This document shows, piece after piece, positions 27,415-40,343 of a stretch of DNA of 64,000 nt. Origin of the DNA: Eledone cirrhosa (taxonomy: Eukaryota); contig OZ024740.1 of assembly GCA_964016885.1 (NCBI GenBank), positions 403,930,001 to 403,994,000 on the forward strand, read 5' to 3'. Each line of letters begins with the position of its first letter. Position 1 is the stretch's first letter. The notes beneath the pieces are model-generated. The model had not been told where the DNA came from, ran no database searches, and was given only the letters and a program-made list of their open reading frames with translations. The position numbers were made by a program, and so were the translations under genes.

Positions 27415-27780
27415 CGGGTAAAATTCCCGAGATCCATGGACGAGTTCTCTCCAGCGGTCTCTGTCCCTCATTATCACTGCCATGTCCTGCGTCTCCAACA
27501 GACCAGTGTCTGTCCATAGGGCATCAACATACGTTAACCTTGGTCTTCCTCTTCTAGTGTGTCCAAGTCATTACACCTGATGGGATGACAGAGTTCTTTG
27601 AGATACTGGCTGGAGTGCTCCAGGGAGATACATTGGCTCCCTACCTTTTTATCATCGTAGTGGACTATTGTATGCGTCTTGCACTGGAGAAACACCAGGA
27701 CTCTGGCTTTGCTGTAGCACCGGCTCAGAGCAGGAGAGTTAAGGCGAAAAAGGTATCGGATGCTGAATTTGCCGACGACA
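27415..27780. mobile_element. RTE-type LINE relic with 5' inversion
   Basis: Minus 27415-27585 encodes RPRLTYVDALWTDTG..IMRDRDRWRELV (RTE C-terminus); plus 27585-27780 encodes FEILAGVLQGDTLAPYLFIIVVDY..EFADD (RT motifs). Confidence 0.75.
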
Positions 27781-27794
27781 TATATATATATTTG

Positions 27795-28130
27795 CTTTGG
27801 CTCCACTCGGTCACGTATGACCATGGTTTTGCACCTAGAAAGTTTCCCTCCGAGGCAGAAGCCTGGGCAGTTTGTTTTGTGGAAGACCAGCAGGCGCCCA
27901 TGCATACCAGTCTCCCCTCTCCACGCCACCGATGTTGTCCAAGGGAAAGGCACTGACCGATACAGCTTGACACCAGTGACGTCGCAACTCATTTCTACAG
28001 CTGAGTAAACTGGAGCAACGTAAAATAAAGTGTCTTGCTCAAGGAAACAACACATCACCCGGTCCGAGAATCGAACTCACAACCACTCAATTGCAAGCCC
28101 AATGCGCTAACCACTTAGCCATGCGCCTTC
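27795..28130 (-). mobile_element. Family B SINE, full length
   Basis: A box TGGCTAAGTGG, B box GAGTTCGATTCT, core TCCTTGAGCAAGACACTT..GTTGCTCCAGT..ACTCAGCTGTA. Confidence 0.88.
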
Positions 28131-28246
28131 ACTGAAGGTGCATAGCCTAGAGCATATATATATATATATGTGTGTGTGTGTGCGTGTGTGTGTGTGTATA
28201 CAAAATATTAAAACAATCAAATCTTAGTTTAATACATTTGTTTATA

Positions 28247-28375
<129 letters not shown>

Positions 28376-28440
28376 GTAGGTCCCGGGTTGAGTCGGGGAT
28401 AACCACAGTAAGTAAGGTACTCAATACATGGCAGAGTAAA

Positions 28441-28585
28441 ATTTTTTTATTTTATAGAAGGAACTTCTACAGGACTAGTACTGTTTCATTCAGATGAAAT
28501 CTTCAGGAAGCACTGCTTCCTGAAGATTTCATCTGAATGAAACAGTACTAGTCCTGTAGAAGTTCCTTCTATAAAATAAAAAAAT
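28441..28585. repeat. Perfect palindrome, 72-bp arms, 1-nt loop
   Basis: 28441-28512 is the exact reverse complement of 28514-28585. Confidence 0.97.
28515..28563 (+). ncRNA. Type I hammerhead ribozyme fold (mirror copy on minus strand at 28463-28511)
   Basis: GCTTC-CTGAAGA-tTTC atct GAAt-GAAA-CAG tactagtc CTG-TA-GAAGT; family members at 37836-37910, 39138-39180 (-) and 39691-39736 (CTGATGA core). Confidence 0.75.
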
Positions 28586-28771
28586 AAAAAAAAATATATA
28601 TATATATATATATACATACCAACACACACATATATACCCTAGAAACGATCGTAAAATCATGAATTTTTTAATGTGAGGAACTGTTTCTTTGTTTTTATTC
28701 ATTGTTTTTATTAATTTATATATATATATATATATATTGGAAAATGTGTGAGATCCTTGGTACAGTTAGGT

Positions 28772-29046
28772 ATATTTGAAAAAAAGGAAAAGAATGACTT
28801 CACTTGTCGTGTTAAAAAATTTATGATTTAATGTTATAATTGTTTCTACTTTTGGCACAAGGCCAGCAATTACCCAGTGTATTACTGGTACTTTATTTTA
28901 TCGACCCCGTAAGGATGAAAGGCAAAGTTAACATCGGCGAGATTTGAACTGGATCTACCAACTCATAATATTATAATATTATAACATTAAATCATAAATT
29001 TTTTAACACTGCAAGTGAAATCATTCTTTTCCTTTTTTTTCAATAT
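28772..29046. repeat. Inverted repeat (about 65-bp arms) with a truncated family A SINE in the loop
   Basis: 28772-28839 pairs with about 28977-29046; SINE tail and core at about 28840-28950. Confidence 0.88.
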
Positions 29047-29133
29047 ATATATATATGGGATAACAAGTTATCGTTATAGGTGATCCACTTATTGTACAGC
29101 CAACCATGTTACCCTTCTTTCTTTAACTATATA

Positions 29134-29496
29134 CTAGCTGACGTACCCAGCTTCGCCCGGGTAAACAGATGATAAGAGAAGACAGGTAAAAGAGAAAATG
29201 ACTGTATTGGATGTTTGTCTGGTTACAGTATGAGGCGAGTCCGTGGTATCTGTGTGATACAGAAAACAGTTTTAAAAAATCTTCCAGATATACCAGATTC
29301 TTCGTTGTACCGTTTGTGGTGCATAGTATATGAACAATTCTAGGTGCTCCCACCTAGAATAGTGACCTCTAGGAGATGGTTCATCTTCTGCCTGACTGTA
29401 AAACGTGTATCATTGCATAGACGTGGTTGTTCCACGTTTCTCAAAAGGATGATGGAAGTTCCAATCTTTTATATTATATGTAGATATAGATATAGA
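29134..29496 (-). mobile_element. Non-autonomous Helitron
   Basis: Minus strand starts A|TCTATATCTATATCTAC and ends ACCCGGGCGAAGCTGGGTACGTCAGCTAG|T (hairpin plus CTAG). Confidence 0.75.
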
Positions 29497-29509
29497 TAAT
29501 TAATATAAA

Positions 29510-29800
29510 AGATGATGCTCAGCCAGTTCGTCTTCAACCATCGCAGCACGCCGTTACTGCTTGGCTCCAGTGTTTCGTTGGCGTTGTTCAACCAGCTCCT
29601 CTTCATTCATGGCGGCACGTCTTCGCCTCTGAAGTTCGGCGTTCCGATGGTGCTGTTCGGCCCGTTTTTCTTCATTCCTGGCTGCACGCCGTCGCCGCTG
29701 CAGTTCACTGTTTGATAAAGTCGAATTGCTTTTATTTTCAGTATTCATTTCGAGCAATTGTCAAAAAATGACAATAATAAATATAAAAGATGTCCGTCAA
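29510..29800 (-). mobile_element. Helitron 5' relic (Arg-rich RepHel N-terminus)
   Basis: ELQRRRRAA repeats resemble the N-terminus of the 8224 ORF; upstream TATATTTATTATTGTCATTTTT resembles 7750-7775. Confidence 0.5.
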
Positions 29801-30322
29801 TGTAAAAAATGGTCCCTCTTTACTCCCTTCACAACTCTGTGTATGTTAGACTGACAGACAGGCACACAGACAGATAAACTGCGTGGCGATTGTGGAACGC
29901 CGCACGTACACACACATACACGCATGGAAACGCTCACACGCACGCAAACTTACACAGACACCCAAACTTACACACACGCACACACTCACACATGTTGATA
30001 GTTTTTACTTTCTGTGGAACGCTGCACGCACGCACACACACACATAAACATACGCGCACGTACATACACACGCACACATGTTAATAGTTATTGCTTTCCT
30101 TCCCCTCTTATTTCCACACACATGTTTCTACACTGACACATATACATAGTGTATCCAACACAGCGTTCACTTTGCCTCTCTGTTTCTTACTCTCCCCTCT
30201 CACTCCCTCATTAGCATTATGCATATTAATTTAAGTTTGGCGTCGTTGAGGTGAGTCGTTTGAAACCTATGAACCAATGATAATTGAGAATTATGACACA
30301 CGGAATACTGACATTGTTGAAA

Positions 30323-30411
<89 letters not shown>

Positions 30412-31458
30412 ATATACATATGTATGATACATACACATCCATACTCACACGCGCACAATACACGCTTACACACCACACACACACACATACACGACACTTG
30501 CCTGTCTGTTTAACTGATAACCCCATTCTAAAAACATACAAAACAAGATATATTATAAATATATCTGTATCTAGTTTCCACGGAATTCATGAACCAAATT
30601 TTTTTTAATCTCCATAGCTCGATATTTATTTGTGTGGATGATTTATAAGTGGAATCAGCGCTAGTAAGATAATCTTAGTTATGTTAGTTACGGTGTTTTT
30701 ATACTTACTTAATAGGCACATAATGTTGTGGTTGGTGTTGGATCTCCGTCGTTTCCGACGGTGAGTACTCCAGTTGATTAAACCAACGTAAATACTTGCT
30801 CGTGAAATTATGTGTAAGTAGCTGAGTGGTCCACAGACACGTGCACTCTTTACGTAAATTCACCATGACACAATATGTGACAATGCCGGTATAACTTAAT
30901 TTTGTCAACTGAGCGATATAACTTAATTTGGTGCAACGTAAAATATGGTGTCATAGTCAAGAACACAGCATGCTCTCTAGTCTAACTTTTGACTTTACGA
31001 TTATAAGCTGAACACCCTGGACACTAAGCCGCGCGCCTTCATAGGCGGTCAGTTTGATAGATTTGTAAAGTGTGTATTTTGCGTTTCAACATTTTAGGGC
31101 CGATAAAAAAGTACTCGCCTCGATGTTACGCGGGATTGAGTGAGCGACGGTTATGATGATGTTTGTGTCAGCACGCGACTACAGAGGCACTTAAAACTCT
31201 TAGTGAAATGTGCTACATACTAATAATTCAATGTTAATTACAACCATAATTTATTATATATGACGGCTATTGACTGGCTATCGAATATGATGATATTTCG
31301 TGACTCCTTACACATGAAATTTAAAGGTACATTGCCTCGTAACATAGGCTCTCGAGATAACAAGGGCATGCACCAATATGTCAAAGTCACAACTGCGTCT
31401 ACTAGATATCAATAGAATCTCAACTTAGGATGATGTAGCATGCATAATAAGAGAACTG

Positions 31459-31525
<67 letters not shown>

Positions 31526-31560
31526 AAAGAATAGAGGTGTAACACACAAGTTATTATATA

Positions 31561-32035
31561 TTGGTAAACGGAATAGAAAATGCTGACAAATTGTTCACAG
31601 TTGAAAAATGGTTTAATTAGGAATAAAAGAGTATTACTGATTGTATGGGTTAGTATTCAGTTGTGGTTTTAAGTTTTTAAGTTTTTACCGGTTGCGCATT
31701 TCTAAATGCTTTTCAAAAATAATTTTGAGATAGAGTGTCCGTGTTGTTTGCTCTGATCTGATTAGTTTTGGGAATTCTACCTGTTTTTATGTTAAAAAAG
31801 TGGCTCCAGCGTTACTTTGGTGTTGCAAAATTTCTTGTGGTCAAAACAATTTTGATTGGTCGGTAGAGGTCATATGAGTGTAAAAAATTGATTTTGCGCC
31901 AAGACTGTTTTTATGTTAAAAAAGTGGCTCCAGCAACAATTCTTGTGGTCAAAACAATTTTGATTGGTCGGTAGAGGTCATGTGAATAAAAAATTGGTTT
32001 TGCGCCAAGATTGAGAAATGACTCTTTCACAACAA

Positions 32036-32095
<60 letters not shown>

Positions 32096-32167
32096 TAGTA
32101 GTAGTAGTAAGGTGTTCGATGTTGCGATAATGGTTAGCAGCGATGTGTGTCAAATGGCTATTGAGAT

Positions 32168-32217
<50 letters not shown>

Positions 32218-32577
32218 CAGAGTAATTCGTGGTGGCAGGGATGGTCAGTAAGAATGTGTCTGAAAGCAATGGGGGGTATTTCAGCATGTCAAAAGATATT
32301 TTTCAGCTTTTGTCTTATACGGAGAAGTGCGTGTGTGTGTGTGTGTGTGTGTGTATAAGTCTCTTTGTATGTTGATGTACGCGTGTGTATGTGTGTGTGT
32401 ATATATATATATGTGTGTGTGTGTGTGTGAGTGGACCAGTATTTTTTTCCCCTTGGTAAAATGGTGTACATTATTCGATTTTTTCAGTAAAATCGGTTCT
32501 CTTAATAGAACATTAAAAATCTTAACAATAAAAGGTGTGAAATGATATTCACTATATACACACATACATATATTCAC

Positions 32578-32621
<44 letters not shown>

Positions 32622-34270
32622 TACACACATATACACATATATATGCACATATATTTGTTTGTGTTGCACCATAGAGCATGTGTGTTTACGTATGTCATTG
32701 TGTTTATATGTGGGTAGATATGTGTGCTGATGTAGGTATGTATGTTGACGTGTGTATGTTGTGGGTTCGTCTTAGGGAGAAATGTTTAGACGGGGTCCGT
32801 ATTTGTTAATGAAGCAAGATTCCTTGCTGATGCGCTGGGTGTGGGTGGCATTATCTTTAAATTTGTAGAGGGGAAAGATTCTGAAGTTGGGATGATTTTG
32901 GGCGGCACAGGTATCAATGTGTTCACTCAGTGGTATTTTCCTGTATTCCCGTATTTTAATTTGGGATCTATGGACAGTCATGCGTTGGCGGAGGCTGTTT
33001 TGGGTCTGGCCTATGTATTGTTCTCGACAACCTGAACAAGTTAATACATATATTAGATTTTCCGATGCACATGTGAAATTGTGTTTTACTATAAAACGTT
33101 GTCCATCTTTGAAATAGAATTCCGAACCCTCTATTAGGTTGATGCAAATGCCACAGTTGGGTCTATCGCATTTTTTTACTGTGGGTTTCGTTGTTGTGGT
33201 TGGCAGTATTTTGGCATGTGTTAAGATGTTTTTCATTGACTTGGATTGTCTTTTGCTCTTTATGATATCGTGTGTTCGTAGAATTTGGTTCATTCTATGG
33301 TCCTTTTTCAATACAGGGATGTTCTGGAGGATGGTGTCAAAGGCCTCATTGTTGAGGGGGTTGTGTGTGGAGATGTATGGAAGAGCTTTTAGTTTTGGTT
33401 GATTTACTTTAGGGTGTCTAAGGTCCTGGGTACTGAGTTTTAGGGCACGTTGGATTCCATTGTCAATTAGTGATGCAGGGTAGTCCCTGCCTATGAGTGT
33501 GTCCTTTAGTTCTTGTAGCCGTAAGTATCAGATGTTTTTATTGGAGACTATAGTACAGATTCTCTTGGCTAAGTTGTAGGGAATATTAATTTTAACGTGT
33601 CTAGGGTGGCAAGAGTTGAAGGGGAGATATTGCTTGGAGTCTGTGGGCTTGTAGTATATGTCTGTTTCTATTTTTTTGTTATGGATCTTAATGAGGATGT
33701 CGAGGAAGGGGAGTTGTTGATGGCTGTATTCCATCGTGAAGTTAATATTTGTGTTGAGCCCATTTATAAGGGTGTGAAATTCTTTAAGTTTTTCGATGTT
33801 TTCGTGCCAAAGGATGAAGCAGTCATCTAGATATCGCTTCCAGTTCCTTTCAATGTGTAAGTGGAGGGTGTTTCCAAATTTGTTTAGGACTTTAGTGTAG
33901 AGGGTGATTTCCAGGTATCCCATGACTAGGTTGGCATAAGTGGGGGCTGTTTTCGTTCCCATAGCGGTCCCAGATTTCTGCCTGTAGGGTTTATTATTGA
34001 AAACGAAGTAATTGTTCTCCAAGATAAATTTGAGTCCCTCTATCACGAATTCTTTTTTGATGCGTTGTGGTAGTTCATTGTGGAAATTATCCAGCCAGAA
34101 TTGGATAGCTTCTATTCCTAGGTTGTGGGGGATGTTGGAGTATAGGTTGACTACATCGAACGTCACTAGTAGGGTTTGTTCAGGAAGTGGCATATTAGGG
34201 AGGTGATTGAGCATATCTAGGTCGTCCCTTATATAGCTTTTGATGTGCTTGAGGAAGGGTTTGAGAAGGG
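31561..34270 (-). mobile_element. Penelope-like retroelement, 5'-truncated (RT plus GIY-YIG), left arm of fold-back
   Basis: TFDVVNLYSNI, QKSGTAMG, RYLDD, LPFLD, YYKPT; C-x4-C-x2-C, NLIYVLTCSGCREQYIG; one in-frame stop at 33528. Confidence 0.95.
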
Positions 34271-35755
34271 TAGTCAACCTATACTCCCACAACGCATCAA
34301 AAAAGAATTCGTGATAGAGGGACTCAAATTTATCTGGGACCGCTATGGGAACGAAAACAGCCCCCACTTATGCCAACCTAGTCATGGGATACCTGGAAAT
34401 CACCCTCTACACTAAAGTCCTAAACAAATTTGGAAACACCCTCCACTTACACATTGAAAGGAACTGGAAGCGATATCTAGATGACTGCTTCATCCTTTGG
34501 CACGAAAACATCTCCACACACAACCCCCTCAACAATGAGGCCTTTGACACCATCCTCCAGAACATCCCTGTATTGAAAAAGAACCATAGAATGAACCAAA
34601 TTCTACGAACACATGATATCATAAAGAGCAAAAGACAATCCAAGTCAATGAAAAACATCTTAACACATGCCAAAATACTGCCAACCACAACAACGCAACC
34701 CACAGTGAATAAATGCGATAGACCCAACTGTGGCATTTGCATCAACCTAATAGAGGGTTCGGAATTCTATTTCAAAGATGGACAACGTTTTATAGTAAAA
34801 CACAATTTCACATGTGCATCGGAAAATCTAATATATGTATTAACTTGTTCAGGTTGTCGAGAACAATACATAGGCCAGACCAAAAACAGCCTCCGCCAAC
34901 GCATGACTGTCCATAGATCTCAAATTAAAATACGGGAATACAGGAAAATACCACTGAGTGAACACATTGATACCTGTGCCGCCCAAAATCATCCCAGCTT
35001 CAGAATCTTTCCCCTCTACAAATTTAAAGATAATGCCACCCACACCCAGTGCATCAGCAAGGAATCTTACTTCATTAACAAATACGGACCACGTCTAAAC
35101 ACTTCTCCCTAAGACGAACCCACAACATACACACGTCAACATACATACCTACATCAGCACACATCTCTACCCACATATAAACACAATGACATACGTAAAC
35201 ACACATGCTCTATGGTGCAACACAAAAAAATATATGTGCATATATATGTGTATATGTGTGTATATATGTATATATATATATATATATATATGTATATAGT
35301 GAATATATGTATGTGTGTATATATATATAGTGAATATCATTTCACACCTTTTATTGTTAAGATTTTTGATGTTCTATTAAGAGAACCGATTTTACTGAAA
35401 AAATCGAATAATGTACACCATTTTACCAGGGGAAAAAAATACTGGTCCACTCACACACACACACACACATATATATATATACACACACACATACACACGC
35501 GTAAATCAACATACAAAGAGACTTATATACACACACACACACACGCACTTCTCCGTATAAGACAAAAGCTGAAAAATATCTTTTGACATGCTGAAATACC
35601 CCCCCATTGCTTTCAGACACATTCTTACTGACCATCCCTGCCACCACGAATTACTCTGCTATACACACACACACACACACACACTTATCTCAATAGCCAT
35701 TTGACACACACGGCTGCTAACCATTATCACAACATCGAACACCTTACTACTACTA

Positions 35756-35801
<46 letters not shown>

Positions 35802-36272
35802 TTGTTGTGAAAGAGTCATTTCTCAATCTTGGCGCAAAACCAATTTTTTATTCACATGACCTCTACCAACCAATCAACATTGTTTTGACCACAAGAATTG
35901 TTGCTGGAGCCACTTTTTTAACATAAAAACAGTCTTGGCGCAAAATCAATTTTTTACACTCACATGACCTCTACCGACCAATCAAAATTGTTTTGACCAC
36001 AAGAAATTTTGCAACACCAAAGTAACGCTGGAGCCACTTTTTTAACATAAAAACAGGTAGAATTCCCAAAACTAATCAGATCAGAGTAAACAGCACGGAC
36101 ACTCTATCTCAAAATTATTTTTGAAAAGCATTTAGAAATGCGCAACCGGTAAAAACTTAAAAACTTAAAACCACAACTGAATACTAACCCATACAATCAC
36201 TAATACTCTTTTATTCCTAATTAAACCATTTTTCAACTGTGAACAATTTGTCAGCATTTTCTATTCCGTTTA

Positions 36273-36276
<4 letters not shown>
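34271..36276 (+). mobile_element. Penelope-like retroelement, inverted right arm with internal deletions
   Basis: Reverse complement of the left arm; ORF 34345..35112 fuses RYLDD directly to the linker and GIY-YIG; ends in (TA)n at 36277. Confidence 0.95.
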
Positions 36277-36364
<88 letters not shown>

Positions 36365-36472
36365 CTTCTTGTTACAATACTTTCTATACCTTTCATTTAT
36401 ATATATATATATATACGTGTATATATATGAAAACAGGGAGAAAGAGACGATTATGAGGAAGAAAAAACTATA

Positions 36473-36649
36473 TATATAATTGATTAAACAAGAGAGATGG
36501 ACACTAATATAAACATACATGTGTTCGAATCGTAAGGACCAAAATCTGCTGTAGTTAGTATTTTTTCACCCTAGCAAATTTTGGTCCTTACGATTCGAAC
36601 ACATGTATGTTTATATTAGTGTTCATCTCTCTGGATTATTCAATTATAT
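36473..36649. repeat. Fold-back inverted repeat (about 75-bp arms)
   Basis: ...GTGTTCGAATCGTAAGGACCAAAAT / ATTTTGGTCCTTACGATTCGAACAC...; related single-arm sequence at 4575-4695, and the adjacent tail recurs at 16805-16850. Confidence 0.9.
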
Positions 36650-36716
36650 TGAACGGCTCGGAAAAGCTTTTTTCTTAGAGCTATTTAATTGTAAGGGACT
36701 ACCCTGAGTCTTAACT

Positions 36717-36754
<38 letters not shown>

Positions 36755-37003
36755 CGGCATAGACCAACACTGGGGGGAACTAAAACGACGAAAAAACGGG
36801 TCAGTACTATACGAACATGCTAGACAACAACAGGACGGTAACATAGACAACATAGAAATTAGAATAATATCTAAACATAGAAATGACCCAGCAGATAGGC
36901 AAAGAATGAATGGAATAACAACAACACCCAAACAAACAACACTGACCTAAGAGAAGTATAAATAAGTAAATAAAATAAAATAAATAAATAAATAAATAAA
37001 TAA

Positions 37004-37063
<60 letters not shown>

Positions 37064-37064
<1 letters not shown>

Positions 37065-37170
37065 CAGGTTTAGCAAATAATGAAAAAGTTTCAAAATAAG
37101 GTAACTATAGTAAGTAAAGTCAATTTTTTAAAATTTATTTTGAAACTTTTTCATTATTTGCTAAACCTGA
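37064..37170. repeat. Fold-back inverted repeat (about 36-bp arms) next to (TA)n
   Basis: TCAGGTTTAGCAAATAATGAAAAAGTTTCAAAATAA and its reverse complement. Confidence 0.92.
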
Positions 37171-37266
37171 CTCGTTAATTTATTAACCTACCATTGAACC
37201 ACATTGGCATATGGTTGGACAATACATGTGTCCCTTAGCGCTTTGTGCGTGTAGGAACACATATCC

Positions 37267-37321
<55 letters not shown>

Positions 37322-37324
<3 letters not shown>

Positions 37325-37570
37325 TGGACTTACGATCATAACGCCGTGGGTTCGATTTCTGAATTGCGTGTTGTATTCTTGAGCAAAACATTTCATTTGA
37401 CATTGCCCTAGTATACTCAGCTGAAGATGAGTACTAGCAATAGTGAGGGGGGGGGGGGTTTAAACCTACGATGGACTGGCATCCTGTCCAGAGGTGTGGA
37501 TGTCTTGTACTCTCAGTTGCTTCGCGTCATGAAACCAGGATAAGCACCGGCCAAATAAGCCTTCTGGCTT
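37322..37570 (+). mobile_element. tRNA-derived SINE with Meta-like core and V-like segment
   Basis: B box GGTTCGATTTC, TTCTTGAGCAAAACA..ACTCAGCTG, then GATGGACTGGCATCCTGTCCAG. Confidence 0.65.
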
Positions 37571-37600
37571 AAGATAGACTTTAGATTTTATATATATATA

Positions 37601-37790
37601 TATTTAATTATGTAATAAACAACATAAGACAATTATCGCGATGAGTGATTTCAGACGTTTCTGTTAGCTCGTCTGTCTTCGTGAAACCTTTGGTAAATGG
37701 AATAATTGTCTCATGTTGTTTATTACATAATTAAATAGCTCTCTAGCATACATAGAGCACTCTCCTTTCCTTTAACCTTCCTACGGAAAT
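37601..37790 (+). repeat. Fold-back element with hammerhead-like loop (family of 20232-20590)
   Basis: 37601-37636 pairs with 37702-37737; the loop holds GATGA..AGACG/CGTCT..GAAACCTTTGGTA. Confidence 0.75.
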
Positions 37791-37973
37791 ACTTAATATA
37801 TATATATATATATATAACAAATTTAATATAGAAATTGCTTCTACAGGTCTCTAACTGTTTCATTCGAAGAAAGATGATTTCCTTCGAATGAAACAGTTCT
37901 AGTCCTGTACTAGTTATTCCTAAATTAAATTCGTTGTTTGCACTCTACTAATGTATTGAGTACTTTACTTACT

Positions 37974-38053
<80 letters not shown>

Positions 38054-38212
38054 TGCATACACAAACACATTCCACTCTAAAGATATTAGTTGCTCTAGGC
38101 TACATGACAAGAGACCTGAACGAATATGAAACCAAATTGTTGTAAAACGCCCTTCTCAACTAAACAGAGAGAAAAATTTGTGATACAGTATTCGGAGGCC
38201 AATCCTTCATAT

Positions 38213-38319
<107 letters not shown>

Positions 38320-38456
38320 TTTTTCTCTTCTTGAATGTTGGCAAAAAAATAAATGCATGTGCTGGACTGTTCTGATATTGAGAAGGTCGATTACATCTTC
38401 TTTCTTGGCAGCTTTAAGGATATGGACACCAGGATGTGCACACGATATCGACACCA

Positions 38457-38996
38457 GAAAGAAGGCAGAGAAGCTAACAGTCTGTTTCATGCTGTTTGGC
38501 ATTCATCAGAGCTACGCATTGCCCCCTTCCACCGAAAATTATAGAAGCTGGATTCTTATAGAATTCCTTTTTCGCCGAAAAGAAGTAAGTGACATAGTCA
38601 CTACTTTAAAAATGATAGCGTAAGGTCTTCAAAATGTTTTTAATTAAACATACGGTATATTGCCAAATATACTATGCATACATTCATGTATACATCGCTA
38701 TTTCAGAGCACCAATCCTAATATTTAATTTTTGCTGGACCGGCAATCGCTCTGTGTAATCAGTTCCTGATTATTACTGGAATTCTATAAGAATCCAGCTT
38801 CTATAATTTTCGGCGAAAGAGGGCAGTACGTAGCTCTGATAATTGCCAAGCAGCATGAAACAGACTGTTAGCTTCTCTGCCTTCTTTCGCCGAAAAGAAG
38901 TAAGTGATATAGTCACTTAAATATGATAGCGTAAGGTCTTCAACATTTTTTTAATTAAACATATGGTATATTGCCAAATATACTATGCATACATTC

Positions 38997-38998
<2 letters not shown>
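38457..38998. repeat. Composite pLTR-like element: inverted copy plus tandem copy
   Basis: 38457-38567 is inverted relative to 38779-38889; 38570-38687 is directly repeated at 38886-38998; ends in (TA)n. Confidence 0.9.
38472..38513 (-). ncRNA. Type I hammerhead ribozyme, canonical core
   Basis: AGCT-CTGATGA-ATGC caaaca GCAT-GAAA-CAG a CTG-TT-AGCT; the partner at 38832-38873 (+) has CTGATAA. Confidence 0.85.
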
Positions 38999-39029
<31 letters not shown>

Positions 39030-39747
39030 GGTGTGATATGTGTGTATGTAGCAATATCCGTAGGTGTGAAAATGAAAAAGAAAAAAACGACGGAGTGCCA
39101 TTATATATATATATGTATATATATTTAATATAGAAATGGATTCTACAGGACTAAAACTGCTTCATTAGGGAGAAATCATCTGCTATGTATTGAGTACCTT
39201 ACTTACTGTGGTTACCCTCGATTGAACCCGGCATAAACTTATATATATGTAGAGAGTTCTCCGGCATTAGCGGTGTCAGTTATTCGCGGAATGTTCCTTA
39301 GAACCCAACTAAACATTGTCCGTGGAAACCACCGCATATTCATGGAATCGTAAAGATTTTCCGCGACTTTTTTGTGACTTTTTTCGTACCGATATATATA
39401 TATATTTTAACGCTAAATTATTAATAACAATATATCGTATTTGCCTGTCTATTGGACGCCCCTTCGCATAAGACGCACCTTCTTTTTTATTATATTTTAC
39501 GTTATATATTGACGTTTTTTATGGACACGTCCAATATTCGCCGTTTTTAACTCTTCGCCTCTGCTCTAGGAACGTAACCTGCGCGAAAACCGAGGTACAA
39601 CTGTATATATCACCTCCTCCTCACATCCCAATCACCACCCTCTCCTCCACCAGAAAATATATAAATACCACCATATTACTTGGACAGTCGGCTTCCTGAT
39701 GATTTCTCCCGAATGAAACAGTTCTAGTCATGTAGATATATATATAT

Positions 39748-40131
39748 GTATAACGAAGGAAGAATGGTAAGGAACCAGGTGGACCATAACGCACCAGAGT
39801 ACTCAATACTTAGGGTAGTTGAGTGGGAAATAGGAAAATGTTTTACCCCGACGGCAGAGCTCAAGCCGTTTCGACGGCTAGTCCAGAAATAGCCGTTGAA
39901 ACGGGTTGAGCTCTGCCGTCGGGGTCAAACACTTTCCTATTATATATGTGGTGGTTTGGCAATATCGGTAGAGGGTCGGTCAACGGGCTTTGCAGCACAG
40001 AGTTACGCCCCTTTCTGATCTGAGTTCAAATCCTACCGCGGTTAACTTTGCCTTTCATCCTTACGGGTCGATAAAATGAAGTACCAGTAATGCACTGGAG
40101 TAATTGCTGGCCTTGTGCCAAAAGTAGAAAC

Positions 40132-40190
<59 letters not shown>

Positions 40191-40335
40191 AAAAAGTATG
40201 ACCCCGACGGCAGAGCTCAGCCATTTCGACAGGGTCATACTTTTCCCTATTTCCCACTCTACTAGCCTAAGTATTGAGTACTCTGGTGCGTTATGGTCCA
40301 TCTGGTTCCTTATCACAATTCCTTTGTTATATATA
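39748..40335. repeat. Nested fold-backs with hammerhead 3' halves, plus a family A SINE (about 39950-40132)
   Basis: Palindrome 39829-39941; 39748-39850 is inverted at about 40230-40335; GAAA-(C/T)GGC..GAGCTC..GCCG-TC-GGGG present. Confidence 0.85.
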
Positions 40336-40343
40336 TATAGTAA

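Noticed and set aside
39425-39604. Tc2/Tigger-like MITE ends
   Set aside because: Only single TIR-like ends seen; no matching partner.
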